Positions 7,418-17,136 of a stretch of 26,701 nt of DNA are shown here, piece after piece. The notes below the pieces were generated by a model that ran no database searches, was not told the origin of the DNA, and saw only the letters and a list, made by a program, of their open reading frames with translations. The stretch is taken from positions 1 through 26,701 of the IMG/VR virus record IMGVR_UViG_3300046001_000837; one strand, 5' to 3'. Within the stretch, counting starts at the first letter, position 1, and the number at the start of each line of letters is the position of its first letter. This DNA comes from a virus. Taxonomy: Duplodnaviria > Caudoviricetes. Both the position numbers and the translations under genes were made by a program.

Positions 7418-7824
7418 TTTTTAGCCTTCATTTCCATGATCTTCTCAAGCGTGCGGCCACCAAAATACGCCGACATAACCAGCATGCCCCACTGCCCTAG
7501 CAATTCAACATAGGACGCCTGTGCGTTGTATCCAAAAGCAGACATCAGGGCAAATAAAAAGTAGGCTACAAAGATAGCCACCAAAGCCATTGGCCTGATA
7601 TTTTTAGACAGCCACGAATCGGAAGACATGTCAGCGTCCCAGCGCTCAGACACGCCAGCTTGCTCTGCCTTGTACAACTCGGTGTCGTTAGCCATCTTTG
7701 CAAGCTCGCCCGACTGCGCTAGAGTTGCCAATTCAAGCTGCGCTTTGGCCTTGGCCTCTGGGTCTGGGATTAGCTTGTCGATTAGCTTACCGCCGACTTC
7801 AAGTAGTGCTGTTAGTGGAAACAT
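7414..7824 (-). CDS. Holin-like protein (GTA 3TM holin type)
   Basis: IDKLIPDPEAKAKAQ, RWDADM.SDSWLSKNIRP, two TM helices, YFGGRTLEK; ATGA-coupled to the endolysin. Confidence 0.85.
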   Translation of the reverse strand: MFPLTALLEVGGKLIDKLIPDPEAKAKAQLELATLAQSGELAKMANDTELYKAEQAGVSERWDADMSSDSWLSKNIRPMALVAIFVAYFLFALMSAFGYNAQASYVELLGQWGMLVMSAYFGGRTLEKIMEMKAKK

Positions 7825-7826
7825 AA

Positions 7827-9680
7827 TTAATCCCCCAAAATGCCAGTAGCCGAGCCAACACCGGCAGCACCAGTTAACAATCCGGTTTTAGGTCTTTGCG
7901 CCCTGCGATTTAATTCTTGCAAGATTGCGGTCTGCTCGATTGGGTCAACAGTAAACAAGCGTTTTTGCAAGGCTTCAGATGTTTCGCTGCTAATGCCTTT
8001 TGCCCTTGATAGCAAGGCTGTGCCGCCTGCCCTCAACATGCTCAACGGGTCACCAGTTGCAGTTGCTTGAGCCATTGAACCCAAAAGGTTAGACTCATCA
8101 CGCACTGCACGATTTTCGTCGGTGCGAGAGCCGCCAAGAACTCGTTGCTTGGTGCTGCTTTGCTCGCTTAAACTTTTTACATATTGAGAAAATTCAGTGT
8201 AAGAAGCCTGATCTGGGAAGGCGTTTCTAAGCAACAGCTTTTGATTGTCAGACTTAAAGATTTGTTTGCTAAAGTCGCCGCCTTTGAAGTTACCAAGTCG
8301 GTTGTTAACGTTGGCCATCACGCCAAGACGAAACGCCTCTTTCTCGTCAGAGTTAAGTTTCTTGATCTTGGATGCGGCTTCTGCTGGGTCAAGTTTTTGA
8401 TAGTCCTCGCCCATCTTAAAAGCGTTCTTAATGCGTTCAGCATCTGCAAACTCTGCATTGGCTTTTTTGTATTCAGGGTTAAGTGACTTGATGAGATCAT
8501 TGAACTCATTTTTAACCTTGACCACATCACCGCCATAGCCTGTCATTTTTTTAGTAAGCGGGTCGGTTTCAGCATCAACAATACGATCAAGACCTATTTT
8601 GATCTGGTGCAAGATGTTAGTCGGAACTGATTGAGCGTTGCGAATTGCACTAAGATCAGGCAAAGTTTGACCAAAAACGCCAGCCCGTTTGACAGCTTCT
8701 TGGTAGGCTTTTTGAAACACAGGTCTGTCAACATACTGACGAAACGGCGCAGCACTAATAGCCTTGCTGTAAGCGTCTGGATATGACTGGCTTGCAAGCC
8801 GTGCTTGATTTGCGGTCAATGCCTCAAGATACTCAAAACCATTGACGTTTTTAGCCAGCCCCGCTTTTTCAACCAACCCCTTCACAATGTCATTGGGTTG
8901 GTCAATAAGACGATTTTCAAGAAAATCTTGAGTCGAACCCTTGGCTTTTGATTGCACCACATACGCGCTATAGGCCAAGTCTTGCAGACTTTTGCCCAAG
9001 TCGGCAATCACTGGGTTAGGAACACCAATACGGCGCAACTCATCCAGTGCTTGCTGTGCTTCTGTTGGCGTGAGATTGTCTTTCTTGAGGTAGCTTGCCA
9101 GCATCTTGGATGTGGCAGTTTGTTGATCCCCAATACCAGCCGAGTTCAAGACATTCTTAATTAGCGTTCCAGCTTTATCCACAACAATGGGAACAGACCC
9201 ACCCAGCAAGCCGCCAAAGACGCCGCCAACCGCAGCCGCTGTACCCTCATCTTTTTCGGCAAAACCATAACCAGAAGCTGCACCAGTTGCAGTACCTACT
9301 CCAGTGGCACGAGCCGCTTGTCCGGTCAGCGTTGTGCCAGTGACCAAGGCTTGTGCTTCAGGCGCTAGTCTTGCCACCTGTTTAGCTGCCCCAAATGGAA
9401 CAAGCAAACTACCGCCAATTTCTAAACCAGTTTTTACAATCGGCATGTCTTGGCCGAATTGCTTTTGCTGCTCACGCAACTGATTGCGCTGGCGCTCGTA
9501 CTCAGGGCCACTAATTGAGCCTGTGCGAAGTGCTGCCTCTAACTCATCAAGCAAGCCAAATGTCACGCCTTGACCTACGGCGCGTGCGCTTTCGGCCACG
9601 CCAGAGTAAGGCACGCCAGGGCCAAGGACAGAGGTGAATGCCTGTGGCTGGTCAGCTAGTGGTGCGTCTTTGTAGGACAT
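7827..9680 (-). CDS. Putative internal virion / DNA ejection protein
   Basis: GQGVTFGLLDELEA N-terminal motif, Gly/Ala-rich hydrophobic segment and helical body; last gene of the tail module. Confidence 0.7.
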   Translation of the reverse strand: MSYKDAPLADQPQAFTSVLGPGVPYSGVAESARAVGQGVTFGLLDELEAALRTGSISGPEYERQRNQLREQQKQFGQDMPIVKTGLEIGGSLLVPFGAAKQVARLAPEAQALVTGTTLTGQAARATGVGTATGAASGYGFAEKDEGTAAAVGGVFGGLLGGSVPIVVDKAGTLIKNVLNSAGIGDQQTATSKMLASYLKKDNLTPTEAQQALDELRRIGVPNPVIADLGKSLQDLAYSAYVVQSKAKGSTQDFLENRLIDQPNDIVKGLVEKAGLAKNVNGFEYLEALTANQARLASQSYPDAYSKAISAAPFRQYVDRPVFQKAYQEAVKRAGVFGQTLPDLSAIRNAQSVPTNILHQIKIGLDRIVDAETDPLTKKMTGYGGDVVKVKNEFNDLIKSLNPEYKKANAEFADAERIKNAFKMGEDYQKLDPAEAASKIKKLNSDEKEAFRLGVMANVNNRLGNFKGGDFSKQIFKSDNQKLLLRNAFPDQASYTEFSQYVKSLSEQSSTKQRVLGGSRTDENRAVRDESNLLGSMAQATATGDPLSMLRAGGTALLSRAKGISSETSEALQKRLFTVDPIEQTAILQELNRRAQRPKTGLLTGAAGVGSATGILGD

Positions 9681-11197
9681 TATGGTTTTCTCCTTCTTAC
9701 GCCATCTGGATCAACAAAAACTGTGCCACTTGGGAATTTAGGATTTTTCAAAAAGCTGTTGTATTCGGCTGGCGTAATAATTTGCACATCAAACTGAGGA
9801 ATAACAATTGGTTGAGGCGCTGAAGGAAACCCTGCATTAGCTCGGCGCTTATCCACTGAACTTGATGCGTTCTCTACACGGCGCGTGTTGATCTCAATCA
9901 ATCTTTTCATCGCAGAAGCAGCAGCCTCTTTTGATTCTGAGCTTTTAAGTGCTTTCGCTTCGCGCACAGCATCACCTTCAGTTTGTGTTCCCTTGTTCAA
10001 TCGCAAACTCTCATTCACTAAGTTTTCTACAAACCTGTCGTATTCTTCACGCGCCACCACATCTGGCGCACCTGATCCGACAAGCTGACGCGCTCGAATG
10101 CTGGCTAAATCTTTTACGCCAAACTTAATATCACCCGACTTGATTCTGTTGATGTATCCATACGCATCTGTAGCGATGTTAGTGGCCGCACTTGCAGCGG
10201 AGTAATCTGCTTCTTCTTCTTTTGCAAGATAGGATGGCAATGGTTTGTTTTTAGCTGCTTCCGCTTTGCGTGCGGCTTCTGCCGTTTTCATGTCTTGCTG
10301 GAACGCCAAATTCTGTGCTGCCAAGTTTTGATTGCCTTGTTGAATCAAAAGAGCTTGGCGAGAGTTCTCAAGCCCTTGTGAACGCAAACCAGCCAGTATT
10401 TCTTGATTAGATTTAATCTGATCTTGGTTCTGCTGGAATTGCTGCGCTCTTTGAGTCATTTCAGCCAACTCTTTAACCCTTACATCAACTTTTTCAGGGT
10501 CAAGAACACCATCCGCAAACGACTTGGAAAGTTGCTTGGCATAAGTCTGCACATTTTTTGGGATGGTTTCATCCAAAGTAAAAGCGGCAAATGGATCAAC
10601 TTCTGTTGTTCCTGTTGCACCAAGTTTGCGAAGGTCGGGTAAGATTTTTGCCTGTGCGCTAATTGCCGCCATGCCTTGCGGGAATGTTTTAAGTTGGTCA
10701 ACAACCTGTTGGTTAAGCGTCCCATCAGGATTGCGAATCTGGCCTACCAGATTATTAGCCAGTTGCTCCAGTCCCTTGGCTTGCATACCTTGACCACGTT
10801 GGGTCAGGTAATCTTCAGTCTTGAGAGTGTTAAGTTGTCGCTCTTGCGCCAGTTGCCCAGCCTTATCCTTTTCCATTGTCAGCATCATTGCGCCCTGACC
10901 ATCACCAGATTGGCGCAGCATCTGAATGCCACGGTCAAAAGTAGATAGGTCATTGGGGTCAAGCTGACCCGCTATCTGCTGGCGCATTGTGATGCGCTGC
11001 AACTCAGGGTCTTGCCCACCCAGAGCGCCGCCGATAGCACCAGCCAATCCAGAAGCACCGCGCCCAATGGCGTAGTTGGCTTGCTGGAACGGGTCGAGCC
11101 TAGCGTACTGCAACGCTTGCGCGTCCATACGGTCTTGCTGCGCTCGCTGGTAAGACTCCGGCGTTATGCCGAAAAGGGATTGAACGATTTCTGCCAT
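9680..11197 (-). CDS. Putative internal virion / DNA ejection protein
   Basis: Gln/Ala-rich helical 505 aa protein with a GLAGAIGGALGG segment; located between the pilot-like and last ejection genes. Confidence 0.7.
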   Translation of the reverse strand: MAEIVQSLFGITPESYQRAQQDRMDAQALQYARLDPFQQANYAIGRGASGLAGAIGGALGGQDPELQRITMRQQIAGQLDPNDLSTFDRGIQMLRQSGDGQGAMMLTMEKDKAGQLAQERQLNTLKTEDYLTQRGQGMQAKGLEQLANNLVGQIRNPDGTLNQQVVDQLKTFPQGMAAISAQAKILPDLRKLGATGTTEVDPFAAFTLDETIPKNVQTYAKQLSKSFADGVLDPEKVDVRVKELAEMTQRAQQFQQNQDQIKSNQEILAGLRSQGLENSRQALLIQQGNQNLAAQNLAFQQDMKTAEAARKAEAAKNKPLPSYLAKEEEADYSAASAATNIATDAYGYINRIKSGDIKFGVKDLASIRARQLVGSGAPDVVAREEYDRFVENLVNESLRLNKGTQTEGDAVREAKALKSSESKEAAASAMKRLIEINTRRVENASSSVDKRRANAGFPSAPQPIVIPQFDVQIITPAEYNSFLKNPKFPSGTVFVDPDGVRRRKP

Positions 11198-11207
11198 GAT
11201 TTACCCC

Positions 11208-12251
11208 TTAAGTCCAATAACCTGGGTTTGAATATTCACCCGTTGCGTTTGGGTTACCAGCAGGATAAGCGGCAATATCAGCAGCAACGTTTGATCCCCC
11301 AAATAGGTTACTCACGCCTCGGCCAAACGCCGGATTTTGACCGGCTTGAGTCAGCGCAGTAGCAAACGGGTTGTAGGCATTGGCCGCAAAGTTAGACCCT
11401 GCCGCAGCTATACCACCAGAGTACAAAGACTGCGCCCCACTTGGGTTGGCTACTTTAGCGCCTATCCCTGATCCAATATCCAAAGACTGCTGACCCAAAG
11501 CCTCAAGCTGCTTCATCTGCGCCAGATAAGCCTCGTATGGGCCAAGTGCCGCTGCCTGGCCTTGATAGCCTTGCGTGAGCAAGTTGCCACCAGTGCCTAA
11601 CAGACCAGCACCAAACCGCGCCTGATCCATACCGCCTTGCGTGGCCTGAGTAGCTAGTAGTGCATCTTGTTGGGCAATGGCGTTGTAATAGGCTTCTAGC
11701 TCTGGGCTAGCTGCACCCAGACCCGCTGCGCCGCTAGGACGAGCACCTGTAGCCCCAACAGACAGACCGCCACGGCCAGTTTGGAACAAGCGGTTTTGCA
11801 GTTGCGCCATCTCACGCTCACGGCTAGGGGCTAGCAAGTTCTGTTGTCCGGCCATGTACTTTGCCGCTGCTTGCTCTGGTGATTCAGCAAGGTACTGCTG
11901 ACCCAAGCCAAACAGACCCTGAGCGCCTTGCTGCAAGGGGGCAAACTGCTGCTGTGCCATTTCAGCTTGAGACAGACCGCCGCCAGTCAAACCCATCAAA
12001 CGGTCTTGATAGGCTCTAAGTTCTGGCGACACTTCGTAACCAGCCCCGATAACCCGACCATTTGCATCAGTCTGAAACTGCGACTGACCAAAGCGGGTTG
12101 TGATGCCTACTGGCCTAAAACGCGCTTCGTCAGCCGCAATTTGCGCGGCTTTAAGTTGCGCGTTGGCTTGTGTTTTGGCTGCGCTTTTAGCGGCATTACC
12201 TTGAATCAAGCCGCCAAGTAAACTAGCCCCCGCCGTGATAAATGCTGGCAT
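11208..12251 (-). CDS. Putative DNA ejection/pilot protein (P22 gp7-like position)
   Basis: N-terminal AGASLLGGLIQGNAAKSAAKTQANAQ; Gly/Ala/Gln-rich; GGAG RBS before ATG 12251. Confidence 0.75.
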   Translation of the reverse strand: MPAFITAGASLLGGLIQGNAAKSAAKTQANAQLKAAQIAADEARFRPVGITTRFGQSQFQTDANGRVIGAGYEVSPELRAYQDRLMGLTGGGLSQAEMAQQQFAPLQQGAQGLFGLGQQYLAESPEQAAAKYMAGQQNLLAPSREREMAQLQNRLFQTGRGGLSVGATGARPSGAAGLGAASPELEAYYNAIAQQDALLATQATQGGMDQARFGAGLLGTGGNLLTQGYQGQAAALGPYEAYLAQMKQLEALGQQSLDIGSGIGAKVANPSGAQSLYSGGIAAAGSNFAANAYNPFATALTQAGQNPAFGRGVSNLFGGSNVAADIAAYPAGNPNATGEYSNPGYWT

Positions 12252-12252
12252 A

Positions 12253-12546
12253 TCAAACTCCAATCAAAATTTCGTCCACTTTCGACGGGTCTTTCTCGTC
12301 AGTGGCGTGAATACAAAACCAAACGCAATCCGTGATCGCCTTGACGCCGTGCGTCATCCCAGCCTTAATTTCAATGCAAGCTGGCGCGTCAACAATGTCA
12401 ATCTCTGTGCCTCGCAAAACCGCAACCTTGCCCTTGGCAAGAATCGACAGATGGCTAAAGTCATGCGTGTGCTTCAGGATGGCTGTGCCAGCCGCAAATG
12501 CGGTTTCTTTGGCGTACAGCCCATCGCTAAAGTGGTGGGAAATCAT
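12253..12546 (-). CDS. Cupin-fold protein
   Basis: KHTHDFSHLSILAKG (motif 1) and IKAGMTHGV (motif 2). Confidence 0.8.
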   Translation of the reverse strand: MISHHFSDGLYAKETAFAAGTAILKHTHDFSHLSILAKGKVAVLRGTEIDIVDAPACIEIKAGMTHGVKAITDCVWFCIHATDEKDPSKVDEILIGV

Positions 12547-12552
12547 GTTTAT

Positions 12553-13416
12553 TTAACGGAACACTGCAATGGCAATTGCAAATGAATCTTGCGCTGATCC
12601 AGCAGACGCGGCAGAGACCCTAATCCGAAGAGACCCAGCAGCGTATGCGTCAGAATAAGTTGCAGAGTTATACGGCATCACAAAGTAACCGTCCGAAGAT
12701 ACAGTAGGTCTCATTGCAGTCCCGCTAAAAGTATAATTTTCATCGGGCAATGCGGTTGTAAATGTAATTGTGTAATCGCCGGTTGCATTCTTAAAAACAC
12801 TGGCTACGTTTGCACTAGCTCGAATTGTTTGGTTGGTTCCTATTGTGCCTGTACCGTTAAAGTTCACCCAAGCCCGTGCAGAGTAACTTGGCGCAGAGCC
12901 AGAAGCAGTGGTCAGCTTTGTTGCTGTGGCTGCATTGCCTGTAATATCAATGCCCCATGTACCTGACGCCCCTGTTCCGGTTTTGGTAGGTGCATCGTCT
13001 GCAATCTGATCGACGACAAAGGCGGTCGTAGCCACTTGCGTGGTGTTGGTATTTAGCGCCGCTGTAGGCGCTATGGGTGTGCCGGTCAGCGTTGGGCTAG
13101 TCAACGACTTGTTTGTGAGCGTAGCAGTTGCCGTACGCTCGGCGGTGATGGCCGCTGAATCTGCCGCTTGCACAAACGCAGTTGTAGCCAAAGCAGTAGT
13201 GGTGTCGCCTGCGGTTTGCGTTACCCCAGTCGTGCCTGTAGGCAGCGCTGGCGTACCCGTAAAAGTAGGGCTAGCCAAGTCAGCCTTGGTTGCAATGGCC
13301 ACCGAAATGTTGACAAACTCGGTGTTAATCTCCGTACCTTTGACGATCTTTAGCGGGTCGCCAGAAGTCAGCGCGTCTTTGGTGGCGAAGTTTGTGCTTT
13401 GTGTGTAATTACTCAT
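12553..13416 (-). CDS. Tail fibre protein
   Basis: Thr/Ala-rich; repeated SPT(F/L)TGTP and ATTAFV; C-terminal ARAWVNFNG...TGDYTITF domain; follows the tail nozzle gene. Confidence 0.85.
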   Translation of the reverse strand: MSNYTQSTNFATKDALTSGDPLKIVKGTEINTEFVNISVAIATKADLASPTFTGTPALPTGTTGVTQTAGDTTTALATTAFVQAADSAAITAERTATATLTNKSLTSPTLTGTPIAPTAALNTNTTQVATTAFVVDQIADDAPTKTGTGASGTWGIDITGNAATATKLTTASGSAPSYSARAWVNFNGTGTIGTNQTIRASANVASVFKNATGDYTITFTTALPDENYTFSGTAMRPTVSSDGYFVMPYNSATYSDAYAAGSLRIRVSAASAGSAQDSFAIAIAVFR

Positions 13417-14972
13417 ACTGTCTTCCCGTCTTTTGATTGGATTTCAATCCGCTGAATTGACAGCGCCGAACCATTGATATTTGTCTCGTAGCCTGTTTGC
13501 ACGATTTTACCGCTTCCGCTTGCTGACACGCTCAAAGTTTGCAAAGCAACACCGTTAGCGTATTGGGCAATAACCGTGGCATTTGCGCCGTACTCAGCAA
13601 TTCCGTACTCAGAAACCGCTTGAGTTGGAATTTGTACATTGTTTGCAAGATAGTTGGTGCTGAAGTCAAAGCCCCACTTAATTGTTACAAACTGGTTTGT
13701 GCCGCCGATCACAACCACTTTCAGTCGCTTTAGCAGCGAGGTAACATTGGCATTGCCTAGATCAGCGTGGTTGGTATAGTAAAGCAACCGATATGCCGAA
13801 GTGTCATCTTGTGAGCCAGTGTACTTCGCGATATAGCTTGTCTTACCCAGCAGTAGATCACCATTGCGCCTTGAAAGCAACGCTGTTGGCTCGATTGAGT
13901 CCCAAGTGGTGACCCTGAACGATCCATCTTGCAATTGTCCACGGGTGTCAAAACAAAATACCTCTTTGACAAAAGGCAGGGTTATCAAGTAAAACGCCTC
14001 TGTTTCAGAGTAAACCGACTTGATGTTTGCCAGTGTCTCGCCAGCAATAATGCTCATGAAGTCACTTCGCACGTTCTTAGACAGATCGCCAATCGGCACT
14101 GACTTCTCAATCACAGTCCGCGCAAATGATCTCACGCCGGAATTAGACAAAAACAAAACATCCTTGCCAGTGCTTTGGATAGAGTCTCTGGCAATGCAGC
14201 CAATACCCGCCACAGTGTCTGCCAGTGTGATTGTTGCGGGTGTAGTTGCACCCGAATAAACCAGAATCTGGCGCTGACCAAAGATGATCAGGAAGTTGTT
14301 GTGCGCTGCCAAGCCAGTAATGTTGTCCGCGCCATTAGGCCAAACTAGGTTGACATTCAACGAACCCGCAGTACCCGTTGACCAAACATGACCAGCAAGC
14401 AGATCAGAGAAAAAGACCGTGGTGTTGTCGGTTGCCGTATCTGCTACCCACAAGCGGCCATAGGCGCTGATGGCGATGTTGCCCGAAGGTACAGTGCCAA
14501 CGTAGCCAGTTTTCTCACTAACGCGCCTGAAGGTCGTTGTGCTGACAGCAGGGTCAAAGATCAGCGGGTCATGGCCCGTCTGAAAGAAGTAAGTGATGCC
14601 GTTTAGTGAGGCGCAAGACCAGTTATCGGCCGTGATGGTGGGTGCTGTGCCGCCGCCACCATAAGTCAATTCGACCACGGCATTGCTGCTGTCTAGCTTA
14701 AAGAGTTTATTGTTGCCAGCAAAGAGGATTGTCAGAGTACCGTCAGTCTGCACCAGTTCGTGGATTACAGCAGGAGCATTTGCGCCCAAAGCACCAGCAG
14801 ACGAGTTAACCCGCGCCCATCCTTTGCGTGAGCCGATACGCCCGTACTGGTCAATCACGCAATTTGTAGCAACCAAGGCAAAGCCAGCCGCCAAGTCCAA
14901 AGGCGAGTCTTGCGTGTTCAGGCCAAAGAATCCTGGCGCTGAAATGCTGGCAGTCTGGAGTGCTTGGCTCAT
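13413..14972 (-). CDS. Tail nozzle / stabilization protein (P22 gp10 or T7 gp12 position)
   Basis: 519 aa beta-rich; GFFGLNT, IGSRKGW, GRLW, GIGCIARDSI, FLSNSGVRS; follows the adaptor gene. Confidence 0.8.
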   Translation of the reverse strand: MSQALQTASISAPGFFGLNTQDSPLDLAAGFALVATNCVIDQYGRIGSRKGWARVNSSAGALGANAPAVIHELVQTDGTLTILFAGNNKLFKLDSSNAVVELTYGGGGTAPTITADNWSCASLNGITYFFQTGHDPLIFDPAVSTTTFRRVSEKTGYVGTVPSGNIAISAYGRLWVADTATDNTTVFFSDLLAGHVWSTGTAGSLNVNLVWPNGADNITGLAAHNNFLIIFGQRQILVYSGATTPATITLADTVAGIGCIARDSIQSTGKDVLFLSNSGVRSFARTVIEKSVPIGDLSKNVRSDFMSIIAGETLANIKSVYSETEAFYLITLPFVKEVFCFDTRGQLQDGSFRVTTWDSIEPTALLSRRNGDLLLGKTSYIAKYTGSQDDTSAYRLLYYTNHADLGNANVTSLLKRLKVVVIGGTNQFVTIKWGFDFSTNYLANNVQIPTQAVSEYGIAEYGANATVIAQYANGVALQTLSVSASGSGKIVQTGYETNINGSALSIQRIEIQSKDGKTV

Positions 14973-15616
14973 ACCGCTAAAAACTCTTGGTTCTCTGGAT
15001 AGCGAGTGCCTTCCAGTGCAATTTGGTCAGCCAACATGCCCCGATAAAGCTGATACGCTTCGGAGGAACTCAGACCGCCATCCTCGCCACGCTCCACCAG
15101 CGCGCGGGCGTAGGCGTTTTGCACCACCAGAGAGTCAGGGACAAGCACAGATGTGCTATCAGATGCCAATGTAGCTTGGGGCACTGTCAACGAAAACGGG
15201 ATGTTGAAGACCCCATCAGGTCGCGGATACAGCACCACCTTCGTGTCGCCACTGCCGTCCACACCATCAAAAGCGTAATACTGAGGAATCCCGTTTGTCG
15301 TTGGAACAAGGTTTTGATAACGGTTCATCTCCACAAAACTGATGTTTTGCAGACCGATGTTTGATGTGGTGTTGATTGCATCTTGCACTTGGAACTTCTG
15401 ACCAGCACCCGTCATGGAATATACGTAGGTCGCGGCCACCGTGGTAATGGTGACTGTCTGACCCAGCACGTTCCAGCTAAAGGCATCCTCAATCTGGCGC
15501 TTGGCATCGTTGACAAACAAGCCGATCAGAGTTGAATAGCTTGTCTCATTGTTTGTCGAAACTTGCGTTTCGCGCAAGCGGATCAGAACATTGTTTATCA
15601 GTTGTAGGTAGGTCAT
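14969..15616 (-). CDS. Head-tail adaptor (tail tubular protein A-like)
   Basis: MTYLQLINNVLIRLRE, VNDAKRQIEDA.SW, LYPRPD. Confidence 0.82.
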   Translation of the reverse strand: MTYLQLINNVLIRLRETQVSTNNETSYSTLIGLFVNDAKRQIEDAFSWNVLGQTVTITTVAATYVYSMTGAGQKFQVQDAINTTSNIGLQNISFVEMNRYQNLVPTTNGIPQYYAFDGVDGSGDTKVVLYPRPDGVFNIPFSLTVPQATLASDSTSVLVPDSLVVQNAYARALVERGEDGGLSSSEAYQLYRGMLADQIALEGTRYPENQEFLAV

Positions 15617-15948
15617 ATTCTTTGCGCTCCTTCAACCTCAAAGGTTGCTATAAAACTGAATGTACTCGCCGCTTGCGTAGTAATTTGAATCTTGTCGCCT
15701 TCTTCTAAAACAATGTAAGCAGCGCCATCAAACTGAAGGTACTCCTTTGAAGTAAAGTCGTAAGCAGTAAGAATGTCATAAGTAGTCGCAGTGCTTGCGT
15801 CATACCAAGCCACGGTGATGTGCTTTGTTGATCCACCAGTGTTGTGGATGTACATCACCGTAAATTTGGCGTAATAGCCCGTTGGCACTGTGTAGACAGT
15901 GGTTAAAACCGCAGCAGCAGGGTTAACTCCAACGGATGATGGTCTCAT
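15613..15948 (-). CDS. Small beta-rich putative virion protein
   Basis: TTVYTVP, IHN, IVLEEGDKIQ; ATGA-coupled at both ends. Confidence 0.7.
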   Translation of the reverse strand: MRPSSVGVNPAAAVLTTVYTVPTGYYAKFTVMYIHNTGGSTKHITVAWYDASTATTYDILTAYDFTSKEYLQFDGAAYIVLEEGDKIQITTQAASTFSFIATFEVEGAQRI

Positions 15949-16235
15949 TTGTTCCTCTTAGAAATAGCTTTGGCTTTAGCCTTTGCGTCTTCCTTGGACG
16001 TTGCGCCCCATGCTCTAAGAGAAAGTAAAAGTCGGGTAGGCTTTCCATCTTTCATCTCAGCGCCAGGCATATTGCCCATTCGTGCTAAAAAGGATGCCCT
16101 GCGAGGGTTGTCTCCCGACTTCACTGGGGCTTTGAGATTGCCACCAGTCTCAGCATTATAAGACGAACGACCCTTTGCGTTCAAGCCCCCCGTCTTGGCT
16201 TGGCCTTCTTTTCGTTGCCAAGCTGGCGTTTTCAT
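15945..16235 (-). CDS. Basic phage protein
   Basis: PAWQRKEG, GGLNAKGR, RRASFLARM; Lys/Arg-rich. Confidence 0.8.
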   Translation of the reverse strand: MKTPAWQRKEGQAKTGGLNAKGRSSYNAETGGNLKAPVKSGDNPRRASFLARMGNMPGAEMKDGKPTRLLLSLRAWGATSKEDAKAKAKAISKRNK

Positions 16236-16381
16236 TTCTTTGCCTTCTTGGGTGGCGTATGCGTAAGGTTGCGGCTTTTTGCAGTGTGCTTCACACCCGT
16301 CATCAAAACGCCGCCTTCTTTGTGAATCGGCCCTTTGTAGACTTTGCCGTCAGGCAAATAGTGTGCGGCAGCTTTGCTCAT
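16232..16381 (-). CDS. Lys/His-rich microprotein (49 aa, not in ORF track)
   Basis: MSKAAAHYLPDGKVYKGPIHKEGGVLMTGVKHTAKSRNLTHTPPKKAKK; ATGA overlaps at both ends. Confidence 0.75.
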   Translation of the reverse strand: MSKAAAHYLPDGKVYKGPIHKEGGVLMTGVKHTAKSRNLTHTPPKKAKK

Positions 16382-16530
16382 TTCTTAGGCTTCTTAGCTG
16401 TCTTAGCCGCCTTTTTAAAGTCGGCAGCGGTAGGCGCAGCCTTAGAGCCAACCTTGTTCATCTTCTCGCCAGAGCCAGCCTTAATTCGCGCCTGCTTTGC
16501 GTTGATATTGGCATAGAGTCCTGGTTTCAT
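16378..16530 (-). CDS. Lys/Ala-rich microprotein (50 aa, not in ORF track)
   Basis: MKPGLYANINAKQARIKAGSGEKMNKVGSKAAPTAADFKKAAKTAKKPKK; ATGA overlaps at both ends. Confidence 0.8.
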   Translation of the reverse strand: MKPGLYANINAKQARIKAGSGEKMNKVGSKAAPTAADFKKAAKTAKKPKK

Positions 16531-16676
16531 TTCTTTTTCACCTTGGCTTGTGACAGCGCAATAGCCACTGCCTGTTTGGGGTTTTTGACCACAGGGCCAC
16601 CCTTGCCAAAGTGCAAGCTACCAGCCTTGTACTCACGCATGACCTTGCTGATCTTCTTTTCGGTTTTGGTTTTCAT
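16527..16676 (-). CDS. Lys-rich microprotein (49 aa, not in ORF track)
   Basis: MKTKTEKKISKVMREYKAGSLHFGKGGPVVKNPKQAVAIALSQAKVKKK; ATGA overlaps at both ends. Confidence 0.8.
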   Translation of the reverse strand: MKTKTEKKISKVMREYKAGSLHFGKGGPVVKNPKQAVAIALSQAKVKKK

Positions 16677-16990
16677 ACCAACTCAGTCACAGAAAACGTA
16701 GACGCAGCCACTGTCGCATCTTTAATAACAGCAATTTTTTGGCCTGGACTGACCCGAACAATCTCAGAAAAGTTATTCGGCATCATTGGCGACGTTGTAA
16801 TGCTGGCCGTTGGATTTGTACCAATTTGAAAATGGCAATGACCCAATGAGCAAGACAGCCGAACCATCGTCGTGGACGCGCCAAATGCAGTCGATTGAAC
16901 GCTGGAATTGCTAACCGTAAACACCTGAGCCGTACCCAAACTAGGGACGCCAAGCGCAACATTGTTGGGGTCAAGTTGAAAGATTGACAT
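16673..16990 (-). CDS. Small beta-rich putative virion protein
   Basis: 105 aa Ser/Thr/Val-rich; GTNPTA, PGQKIAVI; AGAGG-like RBS. Confidence 0.75.
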   Translation of the reverse strand: MSIFQLDPNNVALGVPSLGTAQVFTVSNSSVQSTAFGASTTMVRLSCSLGHCHFQIGTNPTASITTSPMMPNNFSEIVRVSPGQKIAVIKDATVAASTFSVTELV

Positions 16991-17133
16991 TACTTGCCTC
17001 GTTTAGCTTTAGTTGCCATGTTGGTTGCAGTGCGCTGGCCGCGCTTAGGCATAGCTTTTGGCTTGGCAATGGCAACCATAATGGCGACAGGCATTGCTTT
17101 TTTCCCAGACATTTTTGGTGATTTACCGTACAT
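16990..17133 (-). CDS. Lys/Met-rich microprotein (47 aa, not in ORF track)
   Basis: MYGKSPKMSGKKAMPVAIMVAIAKPKAMPKRGQRTATNMATKAKRGK; AAGGA RBS; TAATG-coupled downstream. Confidence 0.7.
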   Translation of the reverse strand: MYGKSPKMSGKKAMPVAIMVAIAKPKAMPKRGQRTATNMATKAKRGK

Positions 17134-17136
17134 GAT

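Noticed and set aside
12553-13416. Diversity-generating retroelement target in the tail fibre
   Set aside because: No reverse transcriptase and no template/variable repeat pair seen; the internal repeats are ordinary fibre motifs.
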